A stretch of DNA of 64,000 nucleotides from the human T2T-CHM13v2.0 reference genome, Homo sapiens. Shown one piece after another: positions 27,096-41,873 of the stretch. Positions within the stretch are counted from its first letter, which is position 1; each line of letters starts with the position of its first letter. Position numbers and translations under genes: made by a program. Under the pieces are notes generated by a model. That model was not told where the DNA came from and did no database searches. It was given only the letters and a program-made list of their open reading frames with translations. The stretch lies in the NCBI RefSeq assembly GCF_009914755.1, contig NC_060928.1; one strand, 5' to 3'.

Positions 27096-27163
27096 CTGTA
27101 TCCATGAACTCCTGGGCTCAAGCCATCCTCTGGCCTCAGCCTCCCAAGTAGCTGGGACTATAG
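27096..27163 (-). mobile_element. AluJ/FLAM fragment
   Basis: TCATGGCTCACTGTATCCATGAACTCCTGGGCTCAAGCCATCCTC..CCTCCCAAGTAGCTGGGACTATAG. Confidence 0.8.
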
Positions 27164-27544
27164 AAATAAAACAATGTCTATTTATTTTTAAAAATGTATT
27201 CTCTATCTCCCCTTCACCCCACCACCACTGCAGATGCTATGCATTGCTGCATCCTTCATTCCTGGTACAGAGCCTGACCTACAGTATTCAGAAACAGATG
27301 CTAGATAAACGGCCGCTAGTTGAAAAGTTTCTCATCACTAATGGAGCCATGCTATTCAACCAGAAACAGAGGTCTAGGGATAGGTGGAACTTGAGGGTGG
27401 AGGAGAGAAACAAACCCTTTTGGGGGGTTCATCTTGGATTCTGAGTATCTTATATATGTCCATCTTCCTCCACAAGAATTTGTGTTTTTGATCTAAAAGT
27501 TCATTTCTTTGCCTGGACTCTAACGATGAGGCATAGGGTTGGGC

Positions 27545-27904
27545 GTCAGTCAAGTTATGCTAGTTTACACTATGATACCAACCCCCAAGATTTCAGTGGT
27601 TTAAAATAACAAAGGTTTTCTTATTTACACCAGGTCCAATTTGTGACCAAGTGCTCCCAGGCATCTGTTCTTCATGCGGTGGCTGAGCTTTGCTGCTTCA
27701 GAGCAACATGAGCTCCCACAATTGTGGAGCCTGCTGAGGGTGGTTGGAGATGGGAATGCTGGTCATTAATTCCCTCTGCCCACAGCCACATACATCACTT
27801 CTGCTTCATTTGATTGGCCAGATGGGTAGGAGAGTGCCATCCTACTCTGACAGTTCAAGGAGAGGAACTAGAAGCATTAGGTAACTGCAGTACCATCTAC
27901 CACA
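27545..27904 (-). mobile_element. Old MaLR LTR, MLT1L-like
   Basis: TCAGTGGTTTAAAATAACAAAGG..CATCACTTCTGCTTCATTTGATTGGCCAGA..CTACCACA. Confidence 0.65.
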
Positions 27905-28004
27905 GGCTTGCTGGAGGATTAAATGTGTTACTGCCTTACGGATAGGGGCAGGAGGACTTTTAGCACATTCTTTCCCTGCCACACCTGCCCTTAATTTCTG
28001 GTCT

Positions 28005-28007
<3 letters not shown>

Positions 28008-28039
<32 letters not shown>
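28008..28039. repeat. (AC)16 microsatellite
   Basis: Perfect dinucleotide run. Confidence 0.97.
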
Positions 28040-28046
<7 letters not shown>

Positions 28047-28051
28047 CACTA
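28036..28051 (+). promoter_or_regulatory. Candidate CTCF core motif
   Basis: ACACGAGGGGGCACTA compared with consensus CCASYAGRKGGCRSTA. Confidence 0.5.
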
Positions 28052-29259
28052 ATACAATAAAACAAATAGCCGTAGACCTGGACATTAGCTAGTGTATGGT
28101 CACAGGTGAGTGAGGGTCCCCGTACCCTGTCTTTCTTGCCCTCTTTGCATACTACTAGGTGCATAGATTTGGGAGGGTCCTCTGCAGATCCAGCTTGCCC
28201 CTCTACAGGCTCTCTGACACCCGGCTCTTCATCTGTAAGTATGCAGAATCAGGACTGTCCTTGGCTGACTGCCCGTGCTCTTTCTAACTCCCTCCACAAA
28301 CACTGAGAATGGTAGTATTTTTTTAATGATTTTTGAAAGCAAGTAATGTTGTTTCATAGGCTTCAGGTGTAAGCAGTGGATTCCAGTTTTACATGAACTC
28401 TGCTCTAAAGTGAACTTGTTATTTATGCAGCTACTGCAACCATGACATTTGCCCCCCATGTAACCCTTCCTTGGGAAATAGCTCCTACTGCAGCCTTGGA
28501 AAGAGCCTAGGGGTGATTGTTGGTATTCTTGGGTCCCCATTTATAGGACCATTAAAATATCATCAAAACTTTAGCTCAGATCTTACAATTACTTCATAAA
28601 TATTAACTTTGTTTACAAGGGTATGGGTCACCTAGTAGCTATTTTGAATGAATTGTGTTACTTATTTTAATACACAGGAAAATAAAATTACTCACACCCG
28701 GAGAATAAAGAAACTGAGGCTGAGGGAAGTGAAGCAATGTGCCCAAGATCTATTGTCATTGTTTGACAGAGCAGCATGTTGAATCAATGTCCTTTTGCCT
28801 TCAAAACCCCTTTTCTGTCTCTCCAAAATAAACAGTTAATATCTAACACACTGAATAATTTTTTAAAATATGGATATATGAAAAATCCAGGTGGCTAAAA
28901 TATTAAGTTTTACATATCGGCAGTATTCCTCTGAAATATGCTCTGAAAAGGTAAGAGGTAAAAGTCTCATCAAATTGCAGAAAAAATAGGATCAGCTGTA
29001 AGGTACTCTACAGGTACTTGCTCTAAGCTAAGGACAGGTGAGTGGATGAAAGAGGGAATGAGATGTTTTGGCCATAATAACAGGGGCTGAACCTGTGCTT
29101 CAGTGTTTAGCTACCATTAGAATAGTTTTAGAACTTTTCCAGTGGAACAATTGTTGAAAAAATCTTGGGTGTTCCATAGCCTTGGGTGTTCTATCAGTCT
29201 ACTGTGGCCAGAAATAGTGACAGTAATGATAGTAATAATAATAATAATAATATAGTATT

Positions 29260-29500
29260 GTAATAGTAGTAATTATGTCTAGTGTATAGTATATATTTTG
29301 AGCTAGACATTGATACATATTTAAATAAAAGTTTTACATCCTTTAATTTACACAACAACTCTATAGCAATATGTTAAAGATAAGAAAGCTGAGAAACTAG
29401 AAGCTACATAATTTGCCAAAGACACTTGTCTAGTGAGTTATAGAGGCAGGACTTGCACCCAGATCTCTTCATTTTATAGCATGCACTCTTAAATTCTTTC
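29260..29500 (-). mobile_element. MIR preceded by (TAA)n
   Basis: CACAACAACTCTAT..GATAAGAAAGCTGAG..ATTTGCCAAAGACAC..GGCAGGACTTGCACCCAG. Confidence 0.65.
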
Positions 29501-29829
29501 CCATACAATTTCCTCTAATGCAGCTGTTTTCTGTTATTCTCATAAGCAAGACAAACATTCAGTGCACAAAAACAAGTGAATCTTTTTTTTTGGAGTAGGA
29601 GTCTGCTTTTAACAGTGTTATAATAGATATAGTGCTTTATACTTCTCCAGGATTTTCAAGAGCACTATCACATTTATATTCATATCCATTAATAGCGTGA
29701 TTTATTCCCACAAATATTTAAGGCTTGGTGCTTTAGCAACTATTTTATTTTTTAATCAAAATGAACCCACACGAATATATGCACATTTATTGTCATTTTC
29801 ATGGTTATTTTAGTCTTTTTCCCTCAATT

Positions 29830-30245
29830 AAAAAAACATTTATTGAAGTATAAGATATACACAACAAAATGAACCCATTTATGACACATGGTTTTGATGA
29901 GCATTCATGTGCCCATCACCACGATCAGGATGATTTCTATCATTCAAGAAGCTCCTGCCTTTGACTCCCTTTGCAGTCAATCCCACCACACACTCGGGCC
30001 CACCCAACCCCCGATCTGCTCCTACAGGCTGATATTTAATAACTAGATAATATTCTGTCACACTGTATCCCCTAATTTGGTATCAGTTTCCAGATTTTTG
30101 AACATAAAGTGATTTCTAATTTTTCCATGTAATAAATTACAATCTAGCCTAATTGTATTGGTAATACCTCTTTAGTAATATTCTGATACCTTCCTTGGAA
30201 TAAATGCCAAAACATGGAATTTTTGGGTCAAAGAATATAAACATT
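29830..30245 (-). mobile_element. Old L1M (L1ME-like) 3' fragments
   Basis: TTTATTGAAGTATAAGATATACA..CCCTTTGCAGTCAATCC..GGAATTTTTGGGTCAAAG. Confidence 0.55.
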
Positions 30246-30249
30246 TTTT

Positions 30250-30845
30250 AAATAAACTATTTTTTGGAATAATTCTTGGTTTACATAAAAGTTGCATAGA
30301 TAATACATAAGGATACATTATATCCTTTACGGTTTCTCCTATTGTGAATATCCTGCATTATTACTATTGCTACATCACTTTGGTACATTTATCAAAACTA
30401 AGAAACCAATGTTGGTAGTACTGGTAAATTTATACTATTGATAAATACAGACTAAATTCTTATTTCACTTTTTTTTTTCTGTTGCAGAATCCAATCTCTG
30501 GGATATCACATTGCATTTTGTTGTCACTGCTTCTTAATCTCATCTGGTCTGTGACAGTTCCTCAGTCTTTCCTTGTCTTTCATGACCTTTACCCTTTTGA
30601 AGAGTACTGGTTAGACATTTTGCAGAATGCCATTTAAGTTGGGTTTGTCTTATGTTTTTCTCATGATTAGACTGGAGTTATGGGTTTTAGGAAATAATCC
30701 TTTACAGAGATGACATGCCCTTCTTACCACATCCTATCAAGGGCACATGCCATCATCATGACATTGTTTGTGATGTTAACCTTGCTTGCAATGCTAAAGT
30801 TGTGTCTGCTAAGTTTCTTTTCTATAAAATCACTGCTTTCCTACT
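30250..30845 (-). mobile_element. L1MC4-like 3' UTR
   Basis: CACATTGCATTT..GTGACAGTTCCTCAGTCTTTCCTTGTCTTTCATGACCTT..TTGAAGAGTACTGG..CTCATGATTAGACTGG. Confidence 0.8.
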
Positions 30846-32229
30846 CCATGTTCCTGCTGCTATTTCATCTGATGATCTCTTTCCTCCCTTCTTTTCTCCT
30901 TCTCTTTTCTCACTTTTATTTCATTTCTTCTGGTATCCTTTCTTTATTCCTAACAGATTTCACAGACAAGGGATTATAATTTAGGTAAGGGCCATTGGGC
31001 AAACTCATTTACAGGAAGCTTTACACTTTCAAAAATTTCCATTGTATGCAATATCTCAACAGATTCTAACAAGTTCTTACAGGGGTGTTCATATTATTAT
31101 CTCCATTTGCAGAAGAAAAAACAAAGGTTCCCTGACTCACCTAAGGTCAAACACTCTTTATGTGAATCATATTCCAGATCTCCAGCCTTGTCCTCTTTGC
31201 CCTGGACCAGCACATCCCCTAGGTTTCCACTCCACCGTGATGTAGTTTTCTTTTGAAACTTCTCATACACTATCTCTGAGAACATCTATAGCAGTTCTTT
31301 CTTTTTCCTGAAAGATTAATAGGAAAAATGTGCCTTCTTGAAGTTATTATTGATGCAATTTCCATAACCAGGATCACAGGTTGGTGCTGTGCTATTTTTT
31401 ACTGAAGATGTGCAGTTGTCTTTTCTTCTTCTGCAAAATTAAATGGAGCAAAAGAAAAGCCGATGTTCTGGGACTCAAAAGAACTCACTCTCTAAACCCT
31501 GGGAGTCCATTGTCCGACCTGTAGGACAAGTGAGAACTGCTTAAACCAGTCAAGGGCTCCCCCTGAGCTTTGTAGTACATTAAACATTTTTTTCCTAATT
31601 AGCCAGCAAATGAACTCAGAGGCCAGCAGGACTTAACTGCCGGCCCACTGTTATCAAGTCTCACTGACACCTCAGACAAGAGGCTGTGGATTCATAGGTT
31701 ATAGCCATTGAAGCTGAATGTTTCATTTGGAATTGCTCAAATTTACTCTCATTACAATGAAAGGTCTTAAAACGGAGGCTGTAAGAAGGATACTGACAAG
31801 AGAAAGGCAAGTGGTGAAGAGTAGGAGCCCGGGTTGTGGGTCAGAAGTGGATAGTCCATGGCACGTGGCCCTGCTCACAGCACCTCTGCCCTGAGGACTT
31901 GGCTGTGGATCTTTCTGCCTGCTGTTCCCAAGCCTTGTAGCCTGTAATCCCACCACTCTGGTTATAACCAATTATAGCATAGAACAAATTTCTGGCCTCA
32001 GGTGGCCATGAATTTGTTTCATATTATCAAGACTTGTCCCTTGTGAGGTAGCATTGCAACAGACCGCCCATAGCAATATTTTCTTTTGGATGGGGACAAA
32101 ATAATTCACTCACATATTGTCCTTTGGAGAGTAAGAATAAGAAGGGCATTGAAGGAAACAGCTGATACCCATTCATACCACTTCCTCTCTCCTCATACAT
32201 CTGGCATCTCTACCCTCTCCTTCCCATTC

Positions 32230-32950
32230 AGCTGACCTTCATATTGTCTATTTTTCTGATAAAATAGAGGCATTCAGAAAACTTGAACAAACTCCTTCAA
32301 CTTTTATATCCAGCAACCACTGCCCATACTCGTAAACTCTATTTTTACTTCTGTTGTTTTCTATACATAAATTGCCCATGCTCTTCCGTATGACTAACCT
32401 TTCCCCTGGTGCACTAGATTTTTCTTCATGCCCCTTTCAGGACATCCCTGCATCATCTTTCTTCTGCATCCTTCCCCGCCTCCACCATCTCTAACCAAAA
32501 ACACTAACATCAACATAAAAACACTATTATTTCTCTCATCTTAAGACATAAATTCCACTTGACCCCACTTCTTTCTTCCAGTTATCATGCTTTCTCTTCC
32601 TCTTGATAGAACAACTTCTCAAAAGTGATGCATACACTTAATATTTCCAACTCCCTGCTTTTCATTATTTCTTTAGTATACTCTAATTGGGTGGTCATCT
32701 CTACACTCCATCAAAACTCCTCTTGGAAAGGTCAAAACATGCCTTCCAAAACGGTAAATCCAACAGTCCACTCTCATTTGACTTACAGCAACATTTGGTA
32801 TAATTGACTACTCTCTCCTCCTTGAAATACTTTCATCAGTTAAATTCTAAGATATCACTCTTTCCTGCTTTTCCTCCTGTCTGTACAAGCATCTCCTTCT
32901 CAGTGTTGGTTGCTGGGTTCTTTGTCTGTTCTCAATATTGGCACAACTCA
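32230..32950 (+). mobile_element. L2 relic
   Basis: CAGCAACATTTGG..TTGACTACTCTCTCCTCCTTGAAATACTTTC..CTCCTTCTCAGT. Confidence 0.65.
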
Positions 32951-32959
32951 GGATTGTGC

Positions 32960-34475
32960 TAACTTTGAGTAAGAAAGAGAATTAATGAGATACATATACC
33001 TTAGAGAAGTAATATAATAAACATAATCTTATATTTGTTAAATACCTGAAGGGTAAACCAAAATCTAACAAAACATGATCATCTATAGAGGAGGAAAGTA
33101 AACATTTTCTACATATATCTTAGAATATAGTTTTGGCTTTCGAGCCATAAAATGTTTTACAGATCCAAAAAAATAAAACTAATTAAAAAAGAAAGAAACC
33201 AATTTCTGGAAACTCAAAATAAACTAAGAGAAATGAAACTGTTTTCCAGTTAGTGCCATAACTACATACAGAAAAATAATTATTTCAATCTATTTTAGGA
33301 AACTATATTTTAACCATCCATATCTCCTAAGGACAAATAAAACCATATCTTCTAAGGACAAATAAAGTGAAAACATACTCTTAAAATGTATACATAGATC
33401 TAATTGTTAGCAGTAATACTCTTCTTGTTAGTATAAAACAATTTAATGAATTTTAGGAAAGTGCATAAGTAATTAATTTTGTTGATTATAAAGATTTTCC
33501 ACATAAGAGAAAATAAGAGCAGATCTAAAACAAAGTTAAATTAAAAAACCTCAAATATTACACTTAAACTGGAATACAAGAATAAATACATGATTTTTTT
33601 GTTGTTAAAATAAAGTTTTTTACAATAAAAAAAAAGACATTCTGGAAGCAAGCAATGACCTCCCATTTCAATGAGCTCCTCTACTGTCCAAATTGTGGTC
33701 TCATTCCCTATTCTTCTCCTATCAGCTTTCTTGATTAAAAGCAACCATTGCTGTTTGGAGACATGGTTAATATACAAAAGGCAAGCCTGGGATATTGTGT
33801 TGTTTCAGAAAGCAAAGAAGCTGTCAGGACCAAGAATCTAACCTAAATGAGTTCCCACTGATTAAAGATGAAACTTTAAACATTAAACAGAGAATCAACT
33901 GAGACATGCTGAGTGTTTAAAACCTGTGAATTCATTATGATACATTTTCCCATTCAGAAAAGATAAATAAAATAAAGAAATCTTGCTCCCATACTATCAC
34001 CTCCTGCAAAAATACTTCAAATAAAACAAAGCAATGGTGTACAGAGAGAGAGAAACAGAAAAAAAGGAGGGAGTGAATAGCTAAATGTAATGAATGGACA
34101 TTGCTTTCTGCTTTTATGGACATGTTTTCACCAAATAACCATAAAAGGGTATTATAGAGATAAGTAGATAAATTTGATTATGCCCTGATATTGGATGATA
34201 TCAAGAAATGAGTGATACTTTTATTAGGCATATTCATGGCATTATAGTTATGTGAGATTGTGCCCATCTTTTTTAGAGATACATACAAAAGAATGTAGGA
34301 ATAAAAGTGAGTTGGATTTGCTTTTTTATATTACAGGAAAAAATTTAAAAAAAGGACAAATTAATTAATTATAAAAAACAAATTTTTGTAATTGTTGAAT
34401 CTGGGTAGTAGCTATGTGGGTTTAATGGACAATTCACTCTACTTCTTTATGTTTAAATATAGTCCAATAAATTTT
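32960..34475 (+). mobile_element. Old L1M (L1MC/L1ME-type) 3' region(s)
   Basis: A-rich, with GAGTTCCCACTG..AAAGATG and CAGAAAGCAAAGAAGC; terminal AATTGTTGAATCTGGGT..CTCTACTT..AATAAA. Confidence 0.6.
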
Positions 34476-35869
34476 AAAGTCATGAGTTATGTGAAATCTC
34501 TCAAGTTATTCCCAGGTTTGAAAGGCCGATGAGCCATTATTGTCTTCTGCCATGAACTCAGGGGTATACTGGACTCTAAGAAGTAATGGGAACTGAAGTA
34601 ATTATATCCTGGCATTTAAAAAAATATCTCATGCATCCTTTTCATTGACTTTCAACAGAAGAATCCTAGGATTATAACTCCCTTTTGCCCAGTAAGAGTT
34701 TAAATACAATATCTGAATTTGAATTCCAATTCTGTGTGAACTTGTATGAACACTTGCAAGTTTTTTTTCTTTAAGCTTAGGATTCCTATAATGTGAAGTG
34801 ATAAAATAAGTATGGCATAGGGTTGCCGGGAGAAACAGAAGTAATGTGCCTGAAATACTTGCGTAGGGCTTGGCAAGTGGCAGGCGATCATTACTTACTT
34901 CACTTCCAGCACAGTCACCCCCAATTCAGAGATTCTTCCAAGTCACACTAGTTATTGAAGAAAGTAACCACACAATAAGTGAATGCCTATTGATTTCTGA
35001 TCACATGATGTTTATTGGAAATGTATGTTATCTACTCCTGCTTTTGGCAATATATCCTTAAGTCCAGGAAAGGTCATTTTGGGAACAAATCTGGTTACCA
35101 TCAAATGAAAAGAAATTGCAACCTCTAGAAAATCAATGCTATTTTTGAAGTGGATTTGCAGAGAAACACATAGAAGTCTCCAATATTGCTGTATTGCAGA
35201 GTAACATTATAAATAGCATACACAATATCCCATGGACTTTTTCTAGTGATATAAATATCACTCTTAATCAAACTGAAATGAAAAAATAAAAATAACCCAG
35301 AACAATTCTATATTTTATTTCAATTTATGTTTAAAATAGACCCTTTGAGGGATGTCAACTATTTTTCTCCTAATTAATCAAAGGTTTTTGTTGTGCTTTG
35401 CCTAATGGTCTTTCTCTTTTTTTAACTGGGCACCAACAGATATTTCTTATTAACTTGGCATTGCCAAGATAGATATTATTCTCAGACCTGGCTCTCAGAG
35501 AATCTATTTCTGACATACTGCATTGTCTCTACTGCTGTTGCTGTTACTAGGCCTCACGGTACCCAGTTCCTAAGAAACTTCCCAGTAATAGCAATTTCGG
35601 TGAGTCACATATTTACATGGAATATGTTTGCCCACGCCTCTCCATGTGCCATTACTACGTCTAGGGGTTATTTGCTTTGTTTTTACAGAGAAACATCTGG
35701 CTCTAACTTATTCAGGAATGACCATGGTTGTTAATTCTTCATCCTATTTGGTGTTAAGTGATTATGCCCAAATACCATGCCTTTAAAATAAACTTCAAGC
35801 TCAAGATAAGCACACATGATTTTGATAATCTTTCTCCTAGTGCCTCCCTGGCCTCATGTTCAGCAACTC

Positions 35870-36172
35870 TTTTTTTTTTTTTTCTTTGTTTTGAGACTGA
35901 GTCTCTCTCTGTTGCTCAGGCTGGAGCGCAATGGTGCAATCTTGACTCACTGCGACCTTCGTCTCCCAGGTTCAAGTGATTTTCCTGCCTCAGCCTCCTG
36001 AGTAGCTGGGTTTAGAGGCACGTGCCACTACGTCTGGCTAATTTTTCTATTTTTAGTTGAGATGGGGTTTCACCATGTTGGTCAGGCTGGTCTCGAACTC
36101 CTGACCTCGTGATCTGCCTGCCTCGGCCTCCCAAAGTGCTGAGATTACAGGAGTGAGCCACTGAGCCTGGCC
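35870..36172 (-). mobile_element. Alu (AluSg-like)
   Basis: Full antisense dimer, CCTGACCTCGTGATC. TSD TCA(G/A)CAACTCTTTT at 35860 and 36173. Confidence 0.95.
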
Positions 36173-36344
36173 TCAACAACTCTTTTATAGATAATCTTCG
36201 CTCCAGCTTTACAAAGTTACAAACTTAGAGGCTTCTCAGAAATTTCCTTTTATATACCCAAGTCCTCCTCTCCTATTTGCCCCACTACATTTTACACATC
36301 CAATGGTATATATATCAAAAACCCCTTCTTCCAGGGAAGTCTTC

Positions 36345-37561
<1,217 letters not shown>

Positions 37562-37624
37562 AAAACTTTTTAGTTAACTTTAGCATGGTACACGTAATGA
37601 CAATGATGATGACATTTATGTTGA

Positions 37625-37830
37625 TGATAGCTAAGACATATTGATTACTTTACAGTATGCTGGTCTCTACTGTAAGAGCTTTTTAGGTATTGTAGCAATT
37701 AATTTATTCAGCAATTTTAAGATATAGGTCCAGTCTTCATTCCCATTTTTCAGGAGATGAAACTCAGTTACCCTATAGAATAAGTGGAGGATCAGAGATT
37801 TAAACCCAGGCAGTTTGTTCCAGAGCCTCT
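37625..37830 (-). mobile_element. MIR
   Basis: CCCATTTTTCAGGAGATGAAACT..GATTTAAACCCAGGCAGTTTGTTCCAGAGCC. Confidence 0.65.
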
Positions 37831-38352
37831 GTAGTGTTGTTATATGGATGTTAATTCATCTGCTGTATCTACACTTAACTGTAAGGTATTGGAAGTGAGC
37901 CAATGTCCCCCACTTCTAGCATACGTCTGGTGTTCAGTGGTGTTTGTAAGTAAATTTATAGACTTTGATTTTCAACTGGCTCTTTCTATAACTTGTTATG
38001 GGCCCTCAGGCATGTTTGTAAACTTTCCTGGACCTCGACTATTTAATGAAAGTATTGAATTTTAGATGGTTGTTAAGACCCCTAATGTCTTTTGAACAGA
38101 TCATCTCGGAAGTCCATCTGAGGTCTAAACTCTGGCTCTGGAATCAAAGTGACTGAGACACATGGCCCATATTGTTGAGAACACTGAGCACATAACTCAG
38201 GGCACTGTTAATGATTTATCACACTGGGGGAGTTACCTTTTGTAGTAGAAGTCATTACATAATGTCTGTGTCTCAAAAGCTTCAGAACAAGGTAAAAAGT
38301 ATTGATAACATCTGTTTGCCCAAGATGGGTAAGCTGCTTTTATTGCTGGTTT

Positions 38353-38701
38353 TATATATATATATATATTTTGTTGTTGTTGTTGTTGTTGTTTGTTTGT
38401 TTTGTTTTGTTTTGTTTTTTGAGACGGAGTCCCACTCTGTCACCCAGACTGGAGTGCTGTGGCGTGATCTCAGCTCCCTGCAATCTCCGTCTCCCAGGTT
38501 CAAGCGATTCCCCTGCCTCAGTCTCCTGAGTACTGGGATTACAGGCGTGTACCACCACGCCCGGCTATTTTTCGTATTTTTATTAAAAATGGTGTTTCAC
38601 CATGTTGGCCAGGCTGGTCTCAAACTCCTGACCTCAGGTGATTCACCCACCTCAGCCTCCCAAAGTGCTGGGATTACAGGCCTGAGCCACTGTGCCCAGC
38701 C
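38353..38701 (-). mobile_element. Alu (AluSx-like) with (TA)n/(GTT)n/(GTTTT)n tail
   Basis: Full antisense dimer 38420-38701, preceded by a compound microsatellite tail. Confidence 0.95.
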
Positions 38702-39769
38702 GACTTTAGCTTTTATAAATGATCTCAGAAGACTGCACTTTATTCATTTATTACCTGTCATCCCCACAGCCTAACAGCAGAGAACCATTTCACCTGAGTG
38801 ACCTACCCACATAATAAATGAATACTAATATCTCAATGCTTGGGTTTGAGGACTCAGGTCACATACGTGTATAACATTCTGCCAATGGGTTAATTAAATG
38901 TGAATCCAATAAATTCCGAAATTAACCTCAGATGTAAGAGTTGCATGCATGCACACACATTCAGTGCCTTCTACACAAGTCACTTCATAAAGCAGTTCTC
39001 AAATGCTGGGATGTGAACTTTCTAGATACTTATAAATATTAATTGATAATAAAGGGGAAAGACTGAAAAAGTTATCAAGAGCATTATATAGTGCTTTCTT
39101 GGTCTCTGAGAGTCCTCACAAACCCTCTCCAATTAGAATAATAATCATGGAAGTACAGACAAAATAAAACACTTTAGACTAAACTCAGAATGGAGTTGCA
39201 TGTGATTAACTTTCAGTATCATTAATATGTGCTATGGCCATAACCGCAATGATGTGTGAATGGAAGCAGTGCTTTTTTAGTGGCAAACTTTTGTGGTTGT
39301 TTTTGCTTTGATTTCAGCTCCCGCTTTGTTATTGTTGTTATTATTGTTCCTTTTGTTATTGTTGTTGTTGCTTTGATTTCAGTTCACCTCCTGGTGAGAG
39401 GTGATGTTTGCGCAGTGCTCAGAAGCTGCTTATTATAATGGAAGCAGTACAGGCGTTGGAGCCAGACGGGTCTAGACTAAAATTCCAGATACCACTGGTT
39501 AGTTGTGTGGTCATGGGAACAACGCCTAACCTCTATTCTTGTAAAATATGGGAAACAAGGTAGGGGTTTCATGGAGACAGAAACGGAGAGATGAGAGGAT
39601 GGCCAGGAGGAAGAGTCCATATGACCACTATTCCCGTACTGGGTTTCTCTACTAGGCTCTTGAGGGAGAAATGCTTTGTGATAACCCTCTTCCCAAACAC
39701 CACACACACAGAAAGTCACTGTCTTCCAGCTTTGGTTCCAACTCTGTATCTAAATTTTTTAATCTAATT

Positions 39770-40650
<881 letters not shown>

Positions 40651-40653
40651 TGG

Positions 40654-41132
40654 TGCAGTGAGAAGAATAATAGCCCTGTAAAGATGTCCATATTCTAATT
40701 CCTGAAGCCCATGAGTCATTTATATAACATGACAAAGGGGAACTAAGTTTGCAGATGAAGTCAAGGTTGCCAACTGGCTGACCTTAGAATCGGGAGATTA
40801 TCCTGGATTATTGGAGCACGCTCAGTAGTGGGGTCCTTAAAAATGAAAGGAGGCAGTGTCAGAGTGTCAGAGAGAGATGTGATTGTGGAAGAATTTTCAA
40901 AGAGATGCAACTTTATTGCATTTGGAGATGGAGGAGGGGATTCTGAGGCAAGCACTGCAGGCAGCCTCTGGCAGCAAGAAAAGGCAGACAAATGCCTTCT
41001 CCCACACAGCCTACAGAAGGAATGAAGCTTTCTAACTAACACCTTCATTTTAGCCCAGTGAGATTGGTGTCAAACTTTTGACCTCCAGAATCATAAGATA
41101 TTAAATGTGTGAGGTTTTAAGCTACTCAATTT
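40654..41132 (+). mobile_element. MaLR solo LTR, MLT1D-like
   Basis: AAAGATGTCCA..GCAGATG..AAGGTTGC..GCTGACCTT..GGGAGATTATCCTGGATTA..TTTAGCCCAGTGAGA..GACCTCCAGAA. Confidence 0.85.
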
Positions 41133-41134
41133 TA

Positions 41135-41656
41135 AGTTTTTTGATCAGACTCTTCTTAGTAACAACTGGTAATGCTGCTGTGGCAACTGTGATGTTAAAT
41201 GATCGTGGCTGATTATTTTTGCCAAATACCTTGTGGGTAGTGCACAGCAAGCTTTAAGTTATGTCAAATAAAGACTAACTCTGAAAATGGAGTTTTTCAG
41301 CAAGCTCTAGACCCATCAAATGGAGCTGATCCTTTGGGGAAGGACTTTTCATAGGTCCAAATCCGTTTTGCCCCCTCCAGTGGCATGCAGGCATGTCGCT
41401 GCCTTCACAGCTACTGCTGTGGGAAGTCTCTGGCTTTAGTGACTACTTTGGAGCTGGGGAGACTGATGAGATTAGGGCACATGAAAAGGCTACAAGGCTC
41501 TGCTTACTGAGATTCAGCCGTGTTTCCTGAATAAATATTGCTTTGATTGTTATAATCTTACGTTCTGAAAAGGCAGCTTTTGGCAGTTTTTGCTAGTGTT
41601 CTCTTCACTTTTTAAAGATGTGAATTTTCAGAGGTCCTTTGTCTACCATTCTGAAA
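41135..41656 (-). mobile_element. Old L1M 5'-end fragment
   Basis: CTTACTGAGATTCAGCCGTGTTTCCTGAATAAAT..GTTCTGAAAA..ATTTTCAGAGGTCCTT..CCATT. Confidence 0.55.
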
Positions 41657-41873
41657 TCTGAGCCCTTCTTTTACTGGATTTCCATTCTGGAGAGTTGGGC
41701 AGTTCAAGAATGGGACTGAAGCCATGCCTCCTCATGCTTATCTTTTCTCAAGGTGGACTCGAGTAGCCTACTTCCTATGTCCTAAATCCAAGAGTCTCAC
41801 CCAGGTCATATTTATCCCTCTGGATTTTACCATTTATTGTCGCTTCCTGTACCTGAGTCTATTGTACAAATAA

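Noticed and set aside
31351-31359. TGATGCAAT, an ATF4/CEBP composite element
   Set aside because: A single 9-mer can occur by chance in 64 kb, and there is no supporting cluster.
38211-38774. 187-aa ORF, the longest non-L1 ORF
   Set aside because: It reads through a microsatellite tail and an antisense Alu ([11 protein letters not shown]...[10 protein letters not shown]), a typical Alu-derived spurious frame. The same applies to 36927-37346, 57030-57362, 57259-57642 and other Alu ORFs.
39259-39448. 12-bp direct repeat AATGGAAGCAGT flanking about 166 bp, resembling a TSD
   Set aside because: No poly-A tail or recognisable insert, and the right copy coincides with the start of a MIR. Probably coincidence.
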